From: a virus
Lineage: Duplodnaviria; Caudoviricetes
Length of the DNA stretch: 51,010 nucleotides
IMG/VR virus record: IMGVR_UViG_3300043219_000087
Span: 1-51,010 of that record
Strand: one strand, 5' to 3'
Shown: in pieces, positions 35,817-45,971 of the stretch
Position numbering within the stretch: position 1 is the first letter of the stretch
Layout: each line of letters opens with the position of its first letter
The notes under the pieces: model-generated
Seen by the model: only the letters and a program-made list of their open reading frames with translations
Database searches by the model: none
Told to the model about the DNA's origin: nothing
Translations under genes and position numbers: made by a program

Positions 35817-36700
35817 TCACCCCCATCAAAAAGCAGACGCCAGATTGAATCGTCCGTTTTATCCTTAAACTCAACACAAGGATAGTCTTCCTTTGAAATG
35901 GTGCGGGATTTAGCTATGAATTTAGCATCACCATGAATATATACAGCACGTTGTGTCCCACCTGAAACCTTTTTCTTTTTATCAACCTCAATATTTGTGT
36001 AACCAACTCTAAAGACGTGATCACACCATTGAACCACTAAATTGAGAATTGAGTGTTTGTCGTCGTGATAAAGGTCAGGTGTAACTCTCTTATAATCTTC
36101 ACCATATTCATTAGTTATTTTGGTTCCGGTAGACTGAGCTAACAAAATAATATTTTTACCCTTGCGTACCCACCTGTTAAGATCACACAGCAGTAATTCC
36201 ATTGTTTCAAACCAATGACGATAGCCTTTGTGGAAACCATAATCCTCAAGATTAACAGCAGTGTCACCGCCTTGTTTTTTAATGGTTTCAAACATGTATT
36301 GTGGCATCCAGCGTTGAACCTCAGTAATAGTGTCAACCACTATATCCTCATGTGAATTAAATATGTCTGAATTAAGGGCGTCACGAATGTCGCGGTAGTC
36401 TTCAATACCCTGTACTACTTTCAACTTTTCACCAGTAACCGGATGCCGCATGATGCCGCCGCCGTCATCTGTGCCAATAAATGCTGGATTATTCAGTAAC
36501 ATAGCAAGTGTAGTTTTGCCCATGTCAGAATCACCATATATCATTATTTTTCTTCCAGCACGATCCCAATCCACAATCTTAAAGTCCTTTGGCACCCGCT
36601 TTATAGTCAATGCCTCTTTGCCAGCGACCTTCACCACAGGTTTTTGTGGCTTGGGTGGTGCTGGTCTCTGTGGTTTGTTTTTGACTTGTGGTGCTCTCAT
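35813..36700 (-). CDS. AAA_24 / Sak4-like ATPase (single-strand annealing recombinase)
   Basis: IMIYGDSDMGKTT, IVVDTITE, IILLAQ, WCD.V, AKSR. Confidence 0.85.
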   Translation of the reverse strand: MRAPQVKNKPQRPAPPKPQKPVVKVAGKEALTIKRVPKDFKIVDWDRAGRKIMIYGDSDMGKTTLAMLLNNPAFIGTDDGGGIMRHPVTGEKLKVVQGIEDYRDIRDALNSDIFNSHEDIVVDTITEVQRWMPQYMFETIKKQGGDTAVNLEDYGFHKGYRHWFETMELLLCDLNRWVRKGKNIILLAQSTGTKITNEYGEDYKRVTPDLYHDDKHSILNLVVQWCDHVFRVGYTNIEVDKKKKVSGGTQRAVYIHGDAKFIAKSRTISKEDYPCVEFKDKTDDSIWRLLFDGGE

Positions 36701-37083
36701 TAAATTTTCTCCTTAATGTTGAAAAGGAAGGTGGCACCCTTAAGGTAATGCTCAATTTCACTATATGGGCACGTGTCACAACTTACATAAACCACGAATG
36801 GTGTTCTTTTGCCATAGCTTTTTTCTGGGTGAAGGTACATCATAGTTTGTCCGTGATCCGCACCCTTAGATGCAAATACATCCCCATGCTTCCACACATG
36901 CTTTGGCTTGGGATAGAACTTATCCAGAACTTTTTGGGCGGCTTCTTTTGATTCAAAGTATTCACACACATTAATGACCCTGCCGTCACAATGCAGATAC
37001 ATATACCCAATATCCGCACCACTCACAAAACGATCACGAATAAAGAAATGACTATTTTCGTAATTTGATCCTACTGTAAACAT
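36700..37083 (-). CDS. hypothetical protein
   Basis: TAATG-coupled on both sides. Confidence 0.65.
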   Translation of the reverse strand: MFTVGSNYENSHFFIRDRFVSGADIGYMYLHCDGRVINVCEYFESKEAAQKVLDKFYPKPKHVWKHGDVFASKGADHGQTMMYLHPEKSYGKRTPFVVYVSCDTCPYSEIEHYLKGATFLFNIKEKI

Positions 37084-38318
37084 TAATTATCCTCCAATTT
37101 TCTTTTTGCCAGACTCTCAGCATCCAGCGTAGTTCTATAACCTTCCGGTGCCGTTTCAACGTCACAAGGGAAGTCCTTATTATCATGACACGCGTCATAA
37201 AAATCACATTTGCCAGGGTTCTTACACCCTTTAGAATCTCTAATCCACAAATTTTCTTTTTCAATATGTCTGATGGTCTTGACCAGCTTGACACAGTTTG
37301 CTGCAAAATCTTGCAGTTCAGTTTCGCCCACAGGTATTTCTTTGCGAGCGAAGTAGAAGTCAGGACGTGCTGTGATGTCAGCAAGCAAGCGTTCGGCGTA
37401 CATTTCTGGGGTTTCGCGGATGGTGAAGGTTCCTTCTTTTGCTCCTGATTCAATATCTGCTTGTCTCCCATTAACAGCTATTACGCCAACATCACCATCA
37501 GATTCAGTTTTAATCTCAAACTTCTCACCATAATACTCACCAGTAACCTTGAACTTTTTACTATCAGCCATCGTCAACTTCTTAGGTTTAGTCTGTGGCT
37601 TGTGCCACACATCATACACCGGCTGCACAATCACTGCATCGCTGGGCGTCAGTCCATACTGCTTGAGTGCCCCGCCAATCCATAGCATCCACAGTGCGTA
37701 GGAATAAGTCTGAACTTGGCCGCTAACTTTTAATGTGTCCCAGTATTCTCCATCTTCTAAACCACTGCTGGTTGACTTCTGTTCACCAATAACTATGCGG
37801 CCTGTCTCTTTGTGCCTCCATATCTGGTCAATCACGCCATCCAATCTGCACTTTGGAAGTTTCTTCCCAGTGACCGGGTCAATAATCGGCAAGCTAAATG
37901 GAACCTCACCCGCGACCACTTCATATTCATCTTGCGGGTACTTCCACTTATAGCCACAAAATGAAAATAGCAGTGTGAGTTTTTCTGTCACCCACTGTTC
38001 CTCATTAAAGTGTGTTGGCATATCTGCATAACTCATTTCAAGGTAGCGTCCTATTGCTGCTTGGTTTTCAGTGCCCATTGTCCCGCTGCCTTCACAGAGA
38101 TAGCAGTCAGCATCAACAAATCTGTTTTTGGTGCATTCGGAGCACAACTCTCCAGGCTTCAATGATGAAATTTCCTGGCACTTGGCCCAGTGACCTCCTA
38201 TTCTAAACACATCCTTCTTTTTCTCTGGCCGCCAGCCAAGCACGTACTTCAAGAAAAATGACCAGTTGCAATTCTGGTACATTTTGATTGAAGTTGCTGA
38301 TAAAACTATGTCTCTCAT
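37083..38318 (-). CDS. PD-(D/E)XK nuclease, Cas4/AddB-like with probable 4Fe-4S staple
   Basis: LSATSI..YQNC; GVID...GEQKST; QVQTY; C-terminal C.....CDFYDAC. Confidence 0.85.
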   Translation of the reverse strand: MRDIVLSATSIKMYQNCNWSFFLKYVLGWRPEKKKDVFRIGGHWAKCQEISSLKPGELCSECTKNRFVDADCYLCEGSGTMGTENQAAIGRYLEMSYADMPTHFNEEQWVTEKLTLLFSFCGYKWKYPQDEYEVVAGEVPFSLPIIDPVTGKKLPKCRLDGVIDQIWRHKETGRIVIGEQKSTSSGLEDGEYWDTLKVSGQVQTYSYALWMLWIGGALKQYGLTPSDAVIVQPVYDVWHKPQTKPKKLTMADSKKFKVTGEYYGEKFEIKTESDGDVGVIAVNGRQADIESGAKEGTFTIRETPEMYAERLLADITARPDFYFARKEIPVGETELQDFAANCVKLVKTIRHIEKENLWIRDSKGCKNPGKCDFYDACHDNKDFPCDVETAPEGYRTTLDAESLAKRKLEDN

Positions 38319-38476
38319 TCTTCGTCCTCCATAATTTTCTTCCGCACAACCTCGAACTTCATTTGGCACGCATCACATATTTCTTCAACACATTTGTAAC
38401 CCACAGCGGTACTTTCTATGATGTTGGCTGTACCTTGTTGATAAGTTCCACACCAATCACATTTGAATACTATCAC
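38315..38476 (-). CDS. small Zn-finger protein (53 aa, not in track)
   Basis: AGGAGG RBS; GTG start; FKCDWCG...ICDAC. Confidence 0.55.
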   Translation of the reverse strand: MIVFKCDWCGTYQQGTANIIESTAVGYKCVEEICDACQMKFEVVRKKIMEDEE

Positions 38477-38678
38477 TATTTGCCCTCCTATTCATTTCAA
38501 TTTCCAACCTATTTTCCTGAATAAATTCTTCATCCTTACGCCGTTCTTCTTCTTGCTTGTTGAACGCTGCTGTAAGTTTAGCATGTAGCCGTTCAGGTAT
38601 GTTGCTAATCGCAGCCTTGATCATGTCCTTGTGTTTCTTGTATCTTTTTGATTTTGGTCTTTTCATTATACCTCGCAT
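38457..38678 (-). CDS. small basic hypothetical protein
   Basis: ORF packed in the operon; start uncertain. Confidence 0.55.
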   Translation of the reverse strand: MRGIMKRPKSKRYKKHKDMIKAAISNIPERLHAKLTAAFNKQEEERRKDEEFIQENRLEIEMNRRANSDSIQM

Positions 38679-38881
38679 AAAAATGTGTTAACGCCCCATC
38701 TAAAAACCTACGAAACGCCTGGATTTTTCTGCATCGAAATAGTTCTTTTTGTAGGTCTGGATTTTTCATGTTTTCACCACTGTAACATAGTGCCCACCAC
38801 ACATAGGACATTCAGGAAAAGCTTCATATTCTTTTTCAGTCATTTTATACTTACAGTTATCGCACTCAATCATTTTTCTTT

Positions 38882-40885
38882 TCATTTACAATACCTTTCA
38901 CTTAACTGTCCCTCCACTGTTATAGGCAGACCAGATGCCCAGTCCGGTATAATTTCCATAATCTTAATCGCTTCAGCCAAATCTTCTTCGGCTGTTTCTT
39001 TGGGCAAAACCAATACATTCTCATCGTGCACATGGAGTGCAACCCAGAAACCAGCCTGGTCCAACCGCAATATAGACTCAGCCAGGATGTCACGCGATTC
39101 AGACTGGATAATGTTCTCTACTAAATACCCACCCCAAATCCCTTTGGCATATTTATAGGACAAGTCACCCTTGCCTGTTACCTTAGCACCTGGATACCTG
39201 ATGTATCTGCCAGATGGCAGTTCAATAAATGTAGCGTGATCTTTGTGATAGAATCTAAGGTTGTCGTTCACAATGCGTTCTTCACTTTTGAACTTAGTGA
39301 CAAATCGCCATGCTTTTTCAACGTCACGCCAGAACTCTGGTATTTTTGAGTATTTTGTACGGTAAAGTTTAATTAGTTTATCAATAAATTCCCAATTATA
39401 TTTTCCTGAGTCAAAGAACGGCCTGAGTGACGGGTTGATGTAACAGTTTGCATAAAATTTAAGTGAACCCATGCCATATCCACAACCAAGTATAGCATCT
39501 TTGCCAAAACCGCGTCTGAGTTGATACAAGTCGCGTAGTGGTTTGGGGTCTGTATCTCTTGGTTTTCTGACATGAGCCTTAAATAGCTCTGTTGCAAATG
39601 CGGAATAGATGTCAGCACCTGTAGCAAACATCGCAGTAAGGTCGTCTTGTCCGGCCTGCCAAGCTAAGTTGCGAGCCTCGATAGCTGCAAAGTCAGGGAT
39701 GCCCAAAATACACCCTATGGGAGCTTTATATATCTGCCGCACTTCAGAAATCAAAGGGTGTGTGCCCCTGCCAGCACGACCGCGACCACCCATGTTATGC
39801 TGATTAATCCCGCCAACACCACCCCACCGCCACGTTTTGCCGCGACAGTAGCCCAGTTGACCGCTCATCATGCCGCCTCTGGCTTTGGCCTGAAGCACAG
39901 TGTTTTTCACCTTTTTGATGTGTCCAGGCCAACCACCCACAGCTACTTTGGCTTCAGCTAATACACGAATTTCTTCAATGGGATTGTGCAGCAATTCTTC
40001 CATCGCTTGATCGGTTTTTGCAAGTGCCGGAATTAATTTGTTCTTGTCATTTTTCTTCATCGGCAATTTCTCACCGTGCTTCTCAAGAATCGCCTTAAAC
40101 ATGGGCACGAATATGGTGGGCTTTGATATATCATCGTGTCCAAAATCCTCACCAACTACTTTACCTGCACGCGTAATTGCAGCAGCTAACTCCAACAGCA
40201 TTCTTTGTTGCACTATACCGGCACGCGGAATATCAATCTCAAATGATTCATTCAAGAACATGTGGAGCGTGTGTGTGGCAAGTGGTATCTCAATTTCAGG
40301 CCGGGCCATAATTGCTGGGAGCATAACCTGTATTAGAAACTTAGTTATATCAATGTCGCCACCGCAATATTCTGACATCTTTTTATAATCTATGTCCTTA
40401 GCGTGAACACCTTTGAACTGGTTGGTGTCACCCTTTGACACAGGTGCCCCCCACTCGTTGCCCATCTTATCCAAACTATGCGGGGCTTTAGGATCGTGCA
40501 TATTGCCCAGGTCCAGCAAATCAACTGTGTACTTGGGCACAATGCCAAACCTTTTCTGAAGAATCAGACAATCAAACTTCAGGTTCTGACCAGCCAACGT
40601 GACCTTCTCAAACTCAAGTCCATAAGCTATCCGTGCAGCATCAAAGTATCGCTGCAATTCATCAGGCTTAAAAAAATTAGTTGGGCCAACAGTACCAGTG
40701 TCACTAATGAATGCGTCACCCATTCCAGTAAATTCAAACCTGTCATCACACACGTACTCAATAAGTGAAATTGAATCTTTGAATTTTCCCATACGGTAGC
40801 CGACAGCAAAAAAGCTCTCAAAATCAAGCACTAATGTTGCGGCAGGGTAACCGGCTTGAATTAGGATTTCTTGGAATGGTTTCAT
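38882..40885 (-). CDS. family A DNA polymerase with 3'-5' exonuclease
   Basis: ExoI LDFES, ExoII NLKFD, ExoIII YC..D; motif A DFAAIEAR, motif B R..GKDAILGCGYG, motif C HVHDE. Confidence 0.95.
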   Translation of the reverse strand: MKPFQEILIQAGYPAATLVLDFESFFAVGYRMGKFKDSISLIEYVCDDRFEFTGMGDAFISDTGTVGPTNFFKPDELQRYFDAARIAYGLEFEKVTLAGQNLKFDCLILQKRFGIVPKYTVDLLDLGNMHDPKAPHSLDKMGNEWGAPVSKGDTNQFKGVHAKDIDYKKMSEYCGGDIDITKFLIQVMLPAIMARPEIEIPLATHTLHMFLNESFEIDIPRAGIVQQRMLLELAAAITRAGKVVGEDFGHDDISKPTIFVPMFKAILEKHGEKLPMKKNDKNKLIPALAKTDQAMEELLHNPIEEIRVLAEAKVAVGGWPGHIKKVKNTVLQAKARGGMMSGQLGYCRGKTWRWGGVGGINQHNMGGRGRAGRGTHPLISEVRQIYKAPIGCILGIPDFAAIEARNLAWQAGQDDLTAMFATGADIYSAFATELFKAHVRKPRDTDPKPLRDLYQLRRGFGKDAILGCGYGMGSLKFYANCYINPSLRPFFDSGKYNWEFIDKLIKLYRTKYSKIPEFWRDVEKAWRFVTKFKSEERIVNDNLRFYHKDHATFIELPSGRYIRYPGAKVTGKGDLSYKYAKGIWGGYLVENIIQSESRDILAESILRLDQAGFWVALHVHDENVLVLPKETAEEDLAEAIKIMEIIPDWASGLPITVEGQLSERYCK

Positions 40886-40886
40886 T

Positions 40887-41117
40887 TTATTGTTCTCCGT
40901 TACAATCAGGGCAGGGTTTGCTGCAGGGCAAATCTCCTGGGGATAATTCCTGAAAATATTGGGATTCTATTTGGTTGGTGCCCTTGCAGGTCTCGCAGGG
41001 AAGGAGGGCGAGGGCTTCCTCCATAGAATCAATAGTGTCAAAACAGCAATGATCTTCCTGTAATTTTTGAATCGCTGATTGGAGAAGTTGGCGAATTTGG
41101 GCGGCGTTTTTCATCAA
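40887..41117 (-). CDS. small DnaJ-type Zn-finger protein
   Basis: CETCKG...CPDCNG. Confidence 0.65.
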   Translation of the reverse strand: MMKNAAQIRQLLQSAIQKLQEDHCCFDTIDSMEEALALLPCETCKGTNQIESQYFQELSPGDLPCSKPCPDCNGEQ

Positions 41118-41587
41118 GTCAACCCATAACCTTTCTGCAATCCCAAATAGTATCCATTCCGGTCATCACCCTTAACCTTAAAATTCTTCAATCCGTTCGC
41201 ACCCAACGCCCGAAGCCCTGCAAGTTGTGATGTAATTTCCTTTTCTTCAACCTGACCTGCTTCAAACTGGTGAAGATAGTACACCAACACTACCGCAGTG
41301 AACATAATACAATCATGCTTCTTAGTAGAGCGGCATCTGGGGGTCGCTGAAAGGCGTTTGTGTGCCCCCCATTCAAATGCCGCACTTACTTCAGTATGTT
41401 TTTCAATCTGACCATGTAGCAACATTAAGTCTCTGGACAGAGTGCCATTGACCAAAACCAACTGCCGCAGTGCCAGGATTGCTTCCCTGATTTCTTGTTT
41501 GTAGCATTTTACTAAGTCGCCCCGTGTTATGTCTGGGACATCAAGTTCAAAGTCTTCTGATTTATTTACTTTTGGCGGTCCAGCCAT
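41114..41587 (-). CDS. hypothetical protein
   Basis: AGGAGG RBS. Confidence 0.7.
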   Translation of the reverse strand: MAGPPKVNKSEDFELDVPDITRGDLVKCYKQEIREAILALRQLVLVNGTLSRDLMLLHGQIEKHTEVSAAFEWGAHKRLSATPRCRSTKKHDCIMFTAVVLVYYLHQFEAGQVEEKEITSQLAGLRALGANGLKNFKVKGDDRNGYYLGLQKGYGLT

Positions 41588-41738
41588 CAGTCATCCTCCT
41601 TTTCAAACTCGTTTTCTTCGCCCCAGTATCCTACAAGAGCATCAAAGCATATATCTCTATCTGTTTCTTGCACAAATGATGCTATTCTTTTTCTTGTTTT
41701 GGGGACAGCAACAGTTATATGATATTCCATGTTACCTC

Positions 41739-42431
41739 CTAAAAATTACTATCATGATATTTCTCCCCGCGTCCACATGGCATGGGTTCAATGTATGGTA
41801 CGCCGTCAATGATAACAGCGGCACTAATAATGCTTCGCTGTTTGTTGTGTTTACTATAAGCAAATGCCATAGCTTTATCATCAATACCGCACCCTGTGTC
41901 GCAAGCAAAAATCCGCTGTTTGGGGTTCGCGTACCACTTAATGCCTGATGCAGAGTGATTATGTCCGAGCACACAAGACATGAGCATTTTGCGAACCGCG
42001 TTGCATGCTGGATATACACCGCCTTGTCCAGTACCGTGATAATAATACACGTTGTCAATTACGTGGTCCCACTTCCAGTCCCACCCAGGCGTGCCCCAGT
42101 CTTTTTCAAAACTCGGCAATCTACTTTCTGAAATGCCCACAGTGCTGGCTAAACGAATCAATCGTTCATCGTGGTTTCCTATTGTTACTACTGCGTCTGG
42201 AAAACGCTTATACCACCTGGCTACAGCTTCTTTCGTCAACTCGTATTCTAATTTTGATCCAGGCATATCTGGGTGTTTCATGTGGAATGAGACATTGTGT
42301 GATTCCACAACATCACCAATGAGCACTACTTTATCACAATCATATTCTTCATAAAGATCGCAACAAAATTGAAAGTATCCAAGTCGCTCCCAACGAAGAT
42401 GAAGATCGCCTATTGCTAAAACTCTCGCCAT
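41739..42431 (-). CDS. calcineurin-like metallophosphoesterase
   Basis: GDLH, GD, GNHD, HG and GHNH motifs. Confidence 0.9.
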   Translation of the reverse strand: MARVLAIGDLHLRWERLGYFQFCCDLYEEYDCDKVVLIGDVVESHNVSFHMKHPDMPGSKLEYELTKEAVARWYKRFPDAVVTIGNHDERLIRLASTVGISESRLPSFEKDWGTPGWDWKWDHVIDNVYYYHGTGQGGVYPACNAVRKMLMSCVLGHNHSASGIKWYANPKQRIFACDTGCGIDDKAMAFAYSKHNKQRSIISAAVIIDGVPYIEPMPCGRGEKYHDSNF

Positions 42432-42958
42432 TATATTTCCTCCAGTTCTTCTAACACGTAATTCAATGTGTTGTCACTCTCTGTGTGTAGTGAGTTCCAC
42501 ATTCGCGGGACTAATATAATTTTTCCTCCAGCAGCATAAAAATCTGCTGTGTTATCCCCGTTGTCATCAATTAGCAACCTATCAGGCGTAGCAAACAATG
42601 ACTTTGATGCCGGGGTTATGATGGTTCGCTTTTCAAAACCGGGATAGTATTTGCTCAACCACTCTAATTTGCCACTGTATGATTCCACACTGGGCATGGG
42701 TGTTGTGAGAAAATAAATCTGTTTTTTTCCAAACTTGCAGAGCACTGCATTAAAAATATCAAACCCATCTTTAGTACGAGGAAGATTGGCCCAGAAATCA
42801 TGGGTGCAAATATTATTAACCATTTCAAATGTCACCCCATGCCAGTCTTCCCAGAATAACCATTTTTTTGTTGTTTCAGCAGTTGGCCGATCTAACGCGT
42901 TGCACACTCCCTGTCGAAAATCAGCCAACACACCGTCAACATCAAGAAACACTTTCAT
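42431..42958 (-). CDS. HAD-family 5'(3')-deoxyribonucleotidase-like protein
   Basis: FLDVDGVLADF; FLT; K..WL; LLIDD; start trimmed to ATG 42958 (GGAGG RBS). Confidence 0.85.
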   Translation of the reverse strand: MKVFLDVDGVLADFRQGVCNALDRPTAETTKKWLFWEDWHGVTFEMVNNICTHDFWANLPRTKDGFDIFNAVLCKFGKKQIYFLTTPMPSVESYSGKLEWLSKYYPGFEKRTIITPASKSLFATPDRLLIDDNGDNTADFYAAGGKIILVPRMWNSLHTESDNTLNYVLEELEEI

Positions 42959-43104
42959 TACATTTTCCTCCAAAACACAAGCATCTGTACTATTCCCAGC
43001 AAAATGGACGCAACACCGCTTCGCCAATGTCGGGCAAAAAGGTCACACGCACCGAGGCCAAAAAATGAACCTACCATCATGCAGAAAAATAATATTCTAA
43101 ACAT
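42958..43104 (-). CDS. 48-aa two-TM membrane protein (not in track)
   Basis: MFRILFFCMMVGSFFGLG...SILLGIVQMLVFWRKM; TAATG-coupled on both sides. Confidence 0.55.
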   Translation of the reverse strand: MFRILFFCMMVGSFFGLGACDLFARHWRSGVASILLGIVQMLVFWRKM

Positions 43105-43550
43105 TACTTTCCTCCTATTTCATGGTCAACTTCAGTGAAGGGTGGTACACAGTCTGGATACTTTTCAATCACGGTTGCCACTGCTGGATTATTCCTCATT
43201 AGTTTATTAGCATGTGGATAGCGTGGTGGCCTATCATCAATCCAGTTTTCCATCATCATTGAATCACGCACAACAGCTATACATGCCATAGCTTTTGCAA
43301 GGTGGTGAAGCCCGCTAACAGGATCAACATCTTCACCTTCCCACCACGCTGTTAAGTGCCCCATTGCGGCATCATAATAAACTGAAGCTTTGACACCCAT
43401 CACTCTATAGTTGTGGCGACCATACTTCCTTGCTCCTTCTAACATAGCCAACGCTACTTCATACATCGGCCCAGTAGGAAGCGTGGACAGTGGTGCCTTT
43501 TTAATACCAAGTGCGTCTTTTGGGTTGGTTGGTTTAGTTTCTGGATTCAT
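43104..43550 (-). CDS. dATP/dGTP diphosphohydrolase-domain protein (DUF5664-like)
   Basis: NPKD..G.KK.PL..LP...GA.KYG..N.R...Y.DA..H...W..GED.DP.SGL.HL. Confidence 0.8.
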   Translation of the reverse strand: MNPETKPTNPKDALGIKKAPLSTLPTGPMYEVALAMLEGARKYGRHNYRVMGVKASVYYDAAMGHLTAWWEGEDVDPVSGLHHLAKAMACIAVVRDSMMMENWIDDRPPRYPHANKLMRNNPAVATVIEKYPDCVPPFTEVDHEIGGK

Positions 43551-43622
43551 CTTTATCTCCTGTCAATTTCTTAACCTCTTGTTTTATCCACGCTTCATTG
43601 ATTCGGGTCAAATCCTGACTAA

Positions 43623-43919
43623 TTATGCTGGCAGGTCTGACCCCGAACAAAAAAGATGCGGAAAAACCCGCCTCAGTTTTTGCATTCTCCATTTGATTTC
43701 GTCTCTTGAAATATCCAGGTGCTGTGTGAGTTCGTCGTAAGTAAGTGCGTTATGACTTGCCCAATTCACATAAATCACAACATCTATTTTAGACAAGCCC
43801 AGGTCGCACAGCCGCTCGTATAGTTCCTCGTCTGCCTCCATGTAGGTTGTGTCAAGCATTTCGGCTGCTGTCTGGACTGTAGCTTCGTATGGTTTTATTA
43901 ATGGCAGTATTGCCGACAT
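43623..43919 (-). CDS. sigma70 region-4-like HTH protein
   Basis: LTYDELTQHLDISRDEIKWRMQKL. Confidence 0.6.
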   Translation of the reverse strand: MSAILPLIKPYEATVQTAAEMLDTTYMEADEELYERLCDLGLSKIDVVIYVNWASHNALTYDELTQHLDISRDEIKWRMQKLRRVFPHLFCSGSDLPA

Positions 43920-43930
43920 TAAAATGTCCT

Positions 43931-43961
43931 CCCATAATACAATGAAAGTCTGTCATAACTA
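43931..43961 (-). promoter_or_regulatory. second copy of TAGTTnTGACAGAC-N7-GTATTATGGG
   Basis: The reverse complement matches 868-899. Confidence 0.55.
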
Positions 43962-44015
43962 CCCCAAAAACGGGGGTGACTAAAATATTTTTTCCACAAA
44001 CTGAAAATTTTTGGT

Positions 44016-44237
44016 TCAGTCTGTACTGGTGGTAACGGGTTTAACGGTTGTGACGATTGTAGCGATTGGTTGTTTGTGCCTTCGTCTGTCCCACAAGCTC
44101 TGGTGGGTGTAATCAAACTTCACTGCATTCCCATTGCTCCATTCATCAATATACCTGAACACAACCTGCGGCTGCTTGATGCGGTTGCCGAGGTTGGCTT
44201 TCTTTTGAGCATCAGCGATTGCTTGTGTCCTGGTCAT
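44016..44237 (-). CDS. hypothetical protein
   Basis: GGAG RBS before ATG 44237. Confidence 0.55.
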   Translation of the reverse strand: MTRTQAIADAQKKANLGNRIKQPQVVFRYIDEWSNGNAVKFDYTHQSLWDRRRHKQPIATIVTTVKPVTTSTD

Positions 44238-44780
44238 TTTAAACTCCACGCTGCACATGTTTTTGCGTAATCTTGCCCCGTATGCCATCCAGCTTGAATG
44301 TATGCGAATACAAAACCACAAAGCATTGGCACAATACAAACCACAAAAACGATGCTGTCTATTAAGCGTCTTTTCATTTCAATTCTCCATTTCAAAGTTT
44401 AACCCGAAGATGCAGTTAAAAATTTGTGCATGACTAATTCAACTTCTGTAAGCATTTGATATATGAATTCCTGTTCTGGAATTCCTTCAGTTTGATAAAA
44501 ACTTACATGCCACCCATTGATTGTTTCTGTGATTGTTACTATTCTCTTATTCATATTTAAGTTCCTCTACTCTGCTAACTGGTTAATATTAGTTTTCAAG
44601 CAAATCTGCGGCCTGCGATCTTGTAGCAAACCCCACAGTTCTGCCATAATAATTATACATGATAGGATCGTCACCCTCACGCGGCCTGCGGTGGCGATGT
44701 TTCCAGGCGTTGAACATTCCGGTGCTGCTTTCTGAAGTCCATGCCAAACGCTCTGTATTTGAATACATTTTTAACATTAT

Positions 44781-45005
44781 TTACCTCACTTTCTTGATAA
44801 TCCGTTTTGGTCTGTTTTTGCTGTTCAGTTCAACTTGATAAATTTCTTGTTTTGTCGCCGCCGTAATATGCCGATATTTTCTTTTGTCTTGCCTTGCTGT
44901 TTCGCGGGTTAGGAACACCGGTGCATCACTAAGTGTTTTACCGCCAGCATAAGCATTAGGCACACCATATAGCCTAATCACATAACCTATTTTCACCTTT
45001 TTCAT
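44781..45005 (-). CDS. basic hypothetical protein (similar to 31063-31278)
   Basis: APVFLTRETAR motif. Confidence 0.6.
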   Translation of the reverse strand: MKKVKIGYVIRLYGVPNAYAGGKTLSDAPVFLTRETARQDKRKYRHITAATKQEIYQVELNSKNRPKRIIKKVR

Positions 45006-45415
45006 CTTTCTCGCCTTTCCTTTTTTAACTTTTTTTCCAGTTCGTCCAACAGCTTGTCTCGATTCCAAGCTCCATGCCTACAAGTCCAATCATTCCAAAT
45101 TCGAGCAAATTGCAGGTGCATAATGCGTTTGCGTTCTATCGGTTTTATTCTAATCATTTTAATACCTCCACAACCATAAATTTCGGATCACTAATAAATG
45201 TCATGTCCACCCGCAATGTAATCTGCTTTCCCTCAAACGCTGTTTTGAGCCTTGCGTTGTTGGGCAGTGAAATGACAGTTTTCTTTTTCACTTTTGGCGG
45301 TGGCATTTTACTCCTTCAGTGGTAATCTTAGTTTCTTCAAATATGCCATGTCCCTGACAGTATTTGTTATTTCGCCACGTATCCTCTTTAATGGGTTTAC
45401 CACATATTTTACACT

Positions 45416-45616
45416 TCATCCTGGCACCCCCTCACTCTTTGCATGACAAACCCCCTGTTCAATTAGTGCCGCAGCCGTCCGGCCAAACCAACCCTGTAGT
45501 GTCCAGCACATGCCAGTGTCGATTAGGTGCTGCCAAGCATCAATCTGCTCTTCTTCAGTGGCATTCTCACCACCGCAAAAACCTTCTGCTATAGATACTG
45601 CTGTGAAGTTATCCAT
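45416..45616 (-). CDS. conserved phage hypothetical protein
   Basis: AWQHLIDTG..W.LQGWFGR.A..LI..G, a motif I recall from other phage early genes; GGAGG RBS. Confidence 0.75.
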   Translation of the reverse strand: MDNFTAVSIAEGFCGGENATEEEQIDAWQHLIDTGMCWTLQGWFGRTAAALIEQGVCHAKSEGVPG

Positions 45617-45753
45617 TTTAATCCTCCAAAACATTTATCATTAACTACATAAAACCCCCGCTACCATTGTCTGAATTACTAATCCAGCCTAAAATCCAAC
45701 CAAACATAGCAAACCCACAGCACAATAACAGACACCATTCAATACTGATCATT

Positions 45754-45954
45754 TTAATATACCTCCATTTTGGTTATATAACCTGTTGACACTTCATTTG
45801 AACCATTTATTAAATAGAACGGAGTATAGTCATTAATAGTGTGCCCGATAACGTATCCAGCCCTTTTTAACGTCTTTGTGGCCTTTGCTTTTGTCTTGAA
45901 AACTTGTCGAACATTTCCAGTATTAGTTATGATCAGCCAAACATGCATTTTCAT
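45754..45954 (-). CDS. hypothetical protein
   Basis: GGAGG RBS. Confidence 0.6.
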   Translation of the reverse strand: MKMHVWLIITNTGNVRQVFKTKAKATKTLKRAGYVIGHTINDYTPFYLINGSNEVSTGYITKMEVY

Positions 45955-45971
45955 CTTAATCCTCCAATTCT

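Noticed and set aside
4873-40885. Stop-codon reassignment, introns or inteins in core genes
   Set aside because: Terminase, portal, capsid, primase and polymerase are intact, of normal length in code 11, and show no intein motifs.
41739-43550. Z-genome (2-aminoadenine) pathway
   Set aside because: No PurZ (adenylosuccinate synthetase-like) gene is recognisable.
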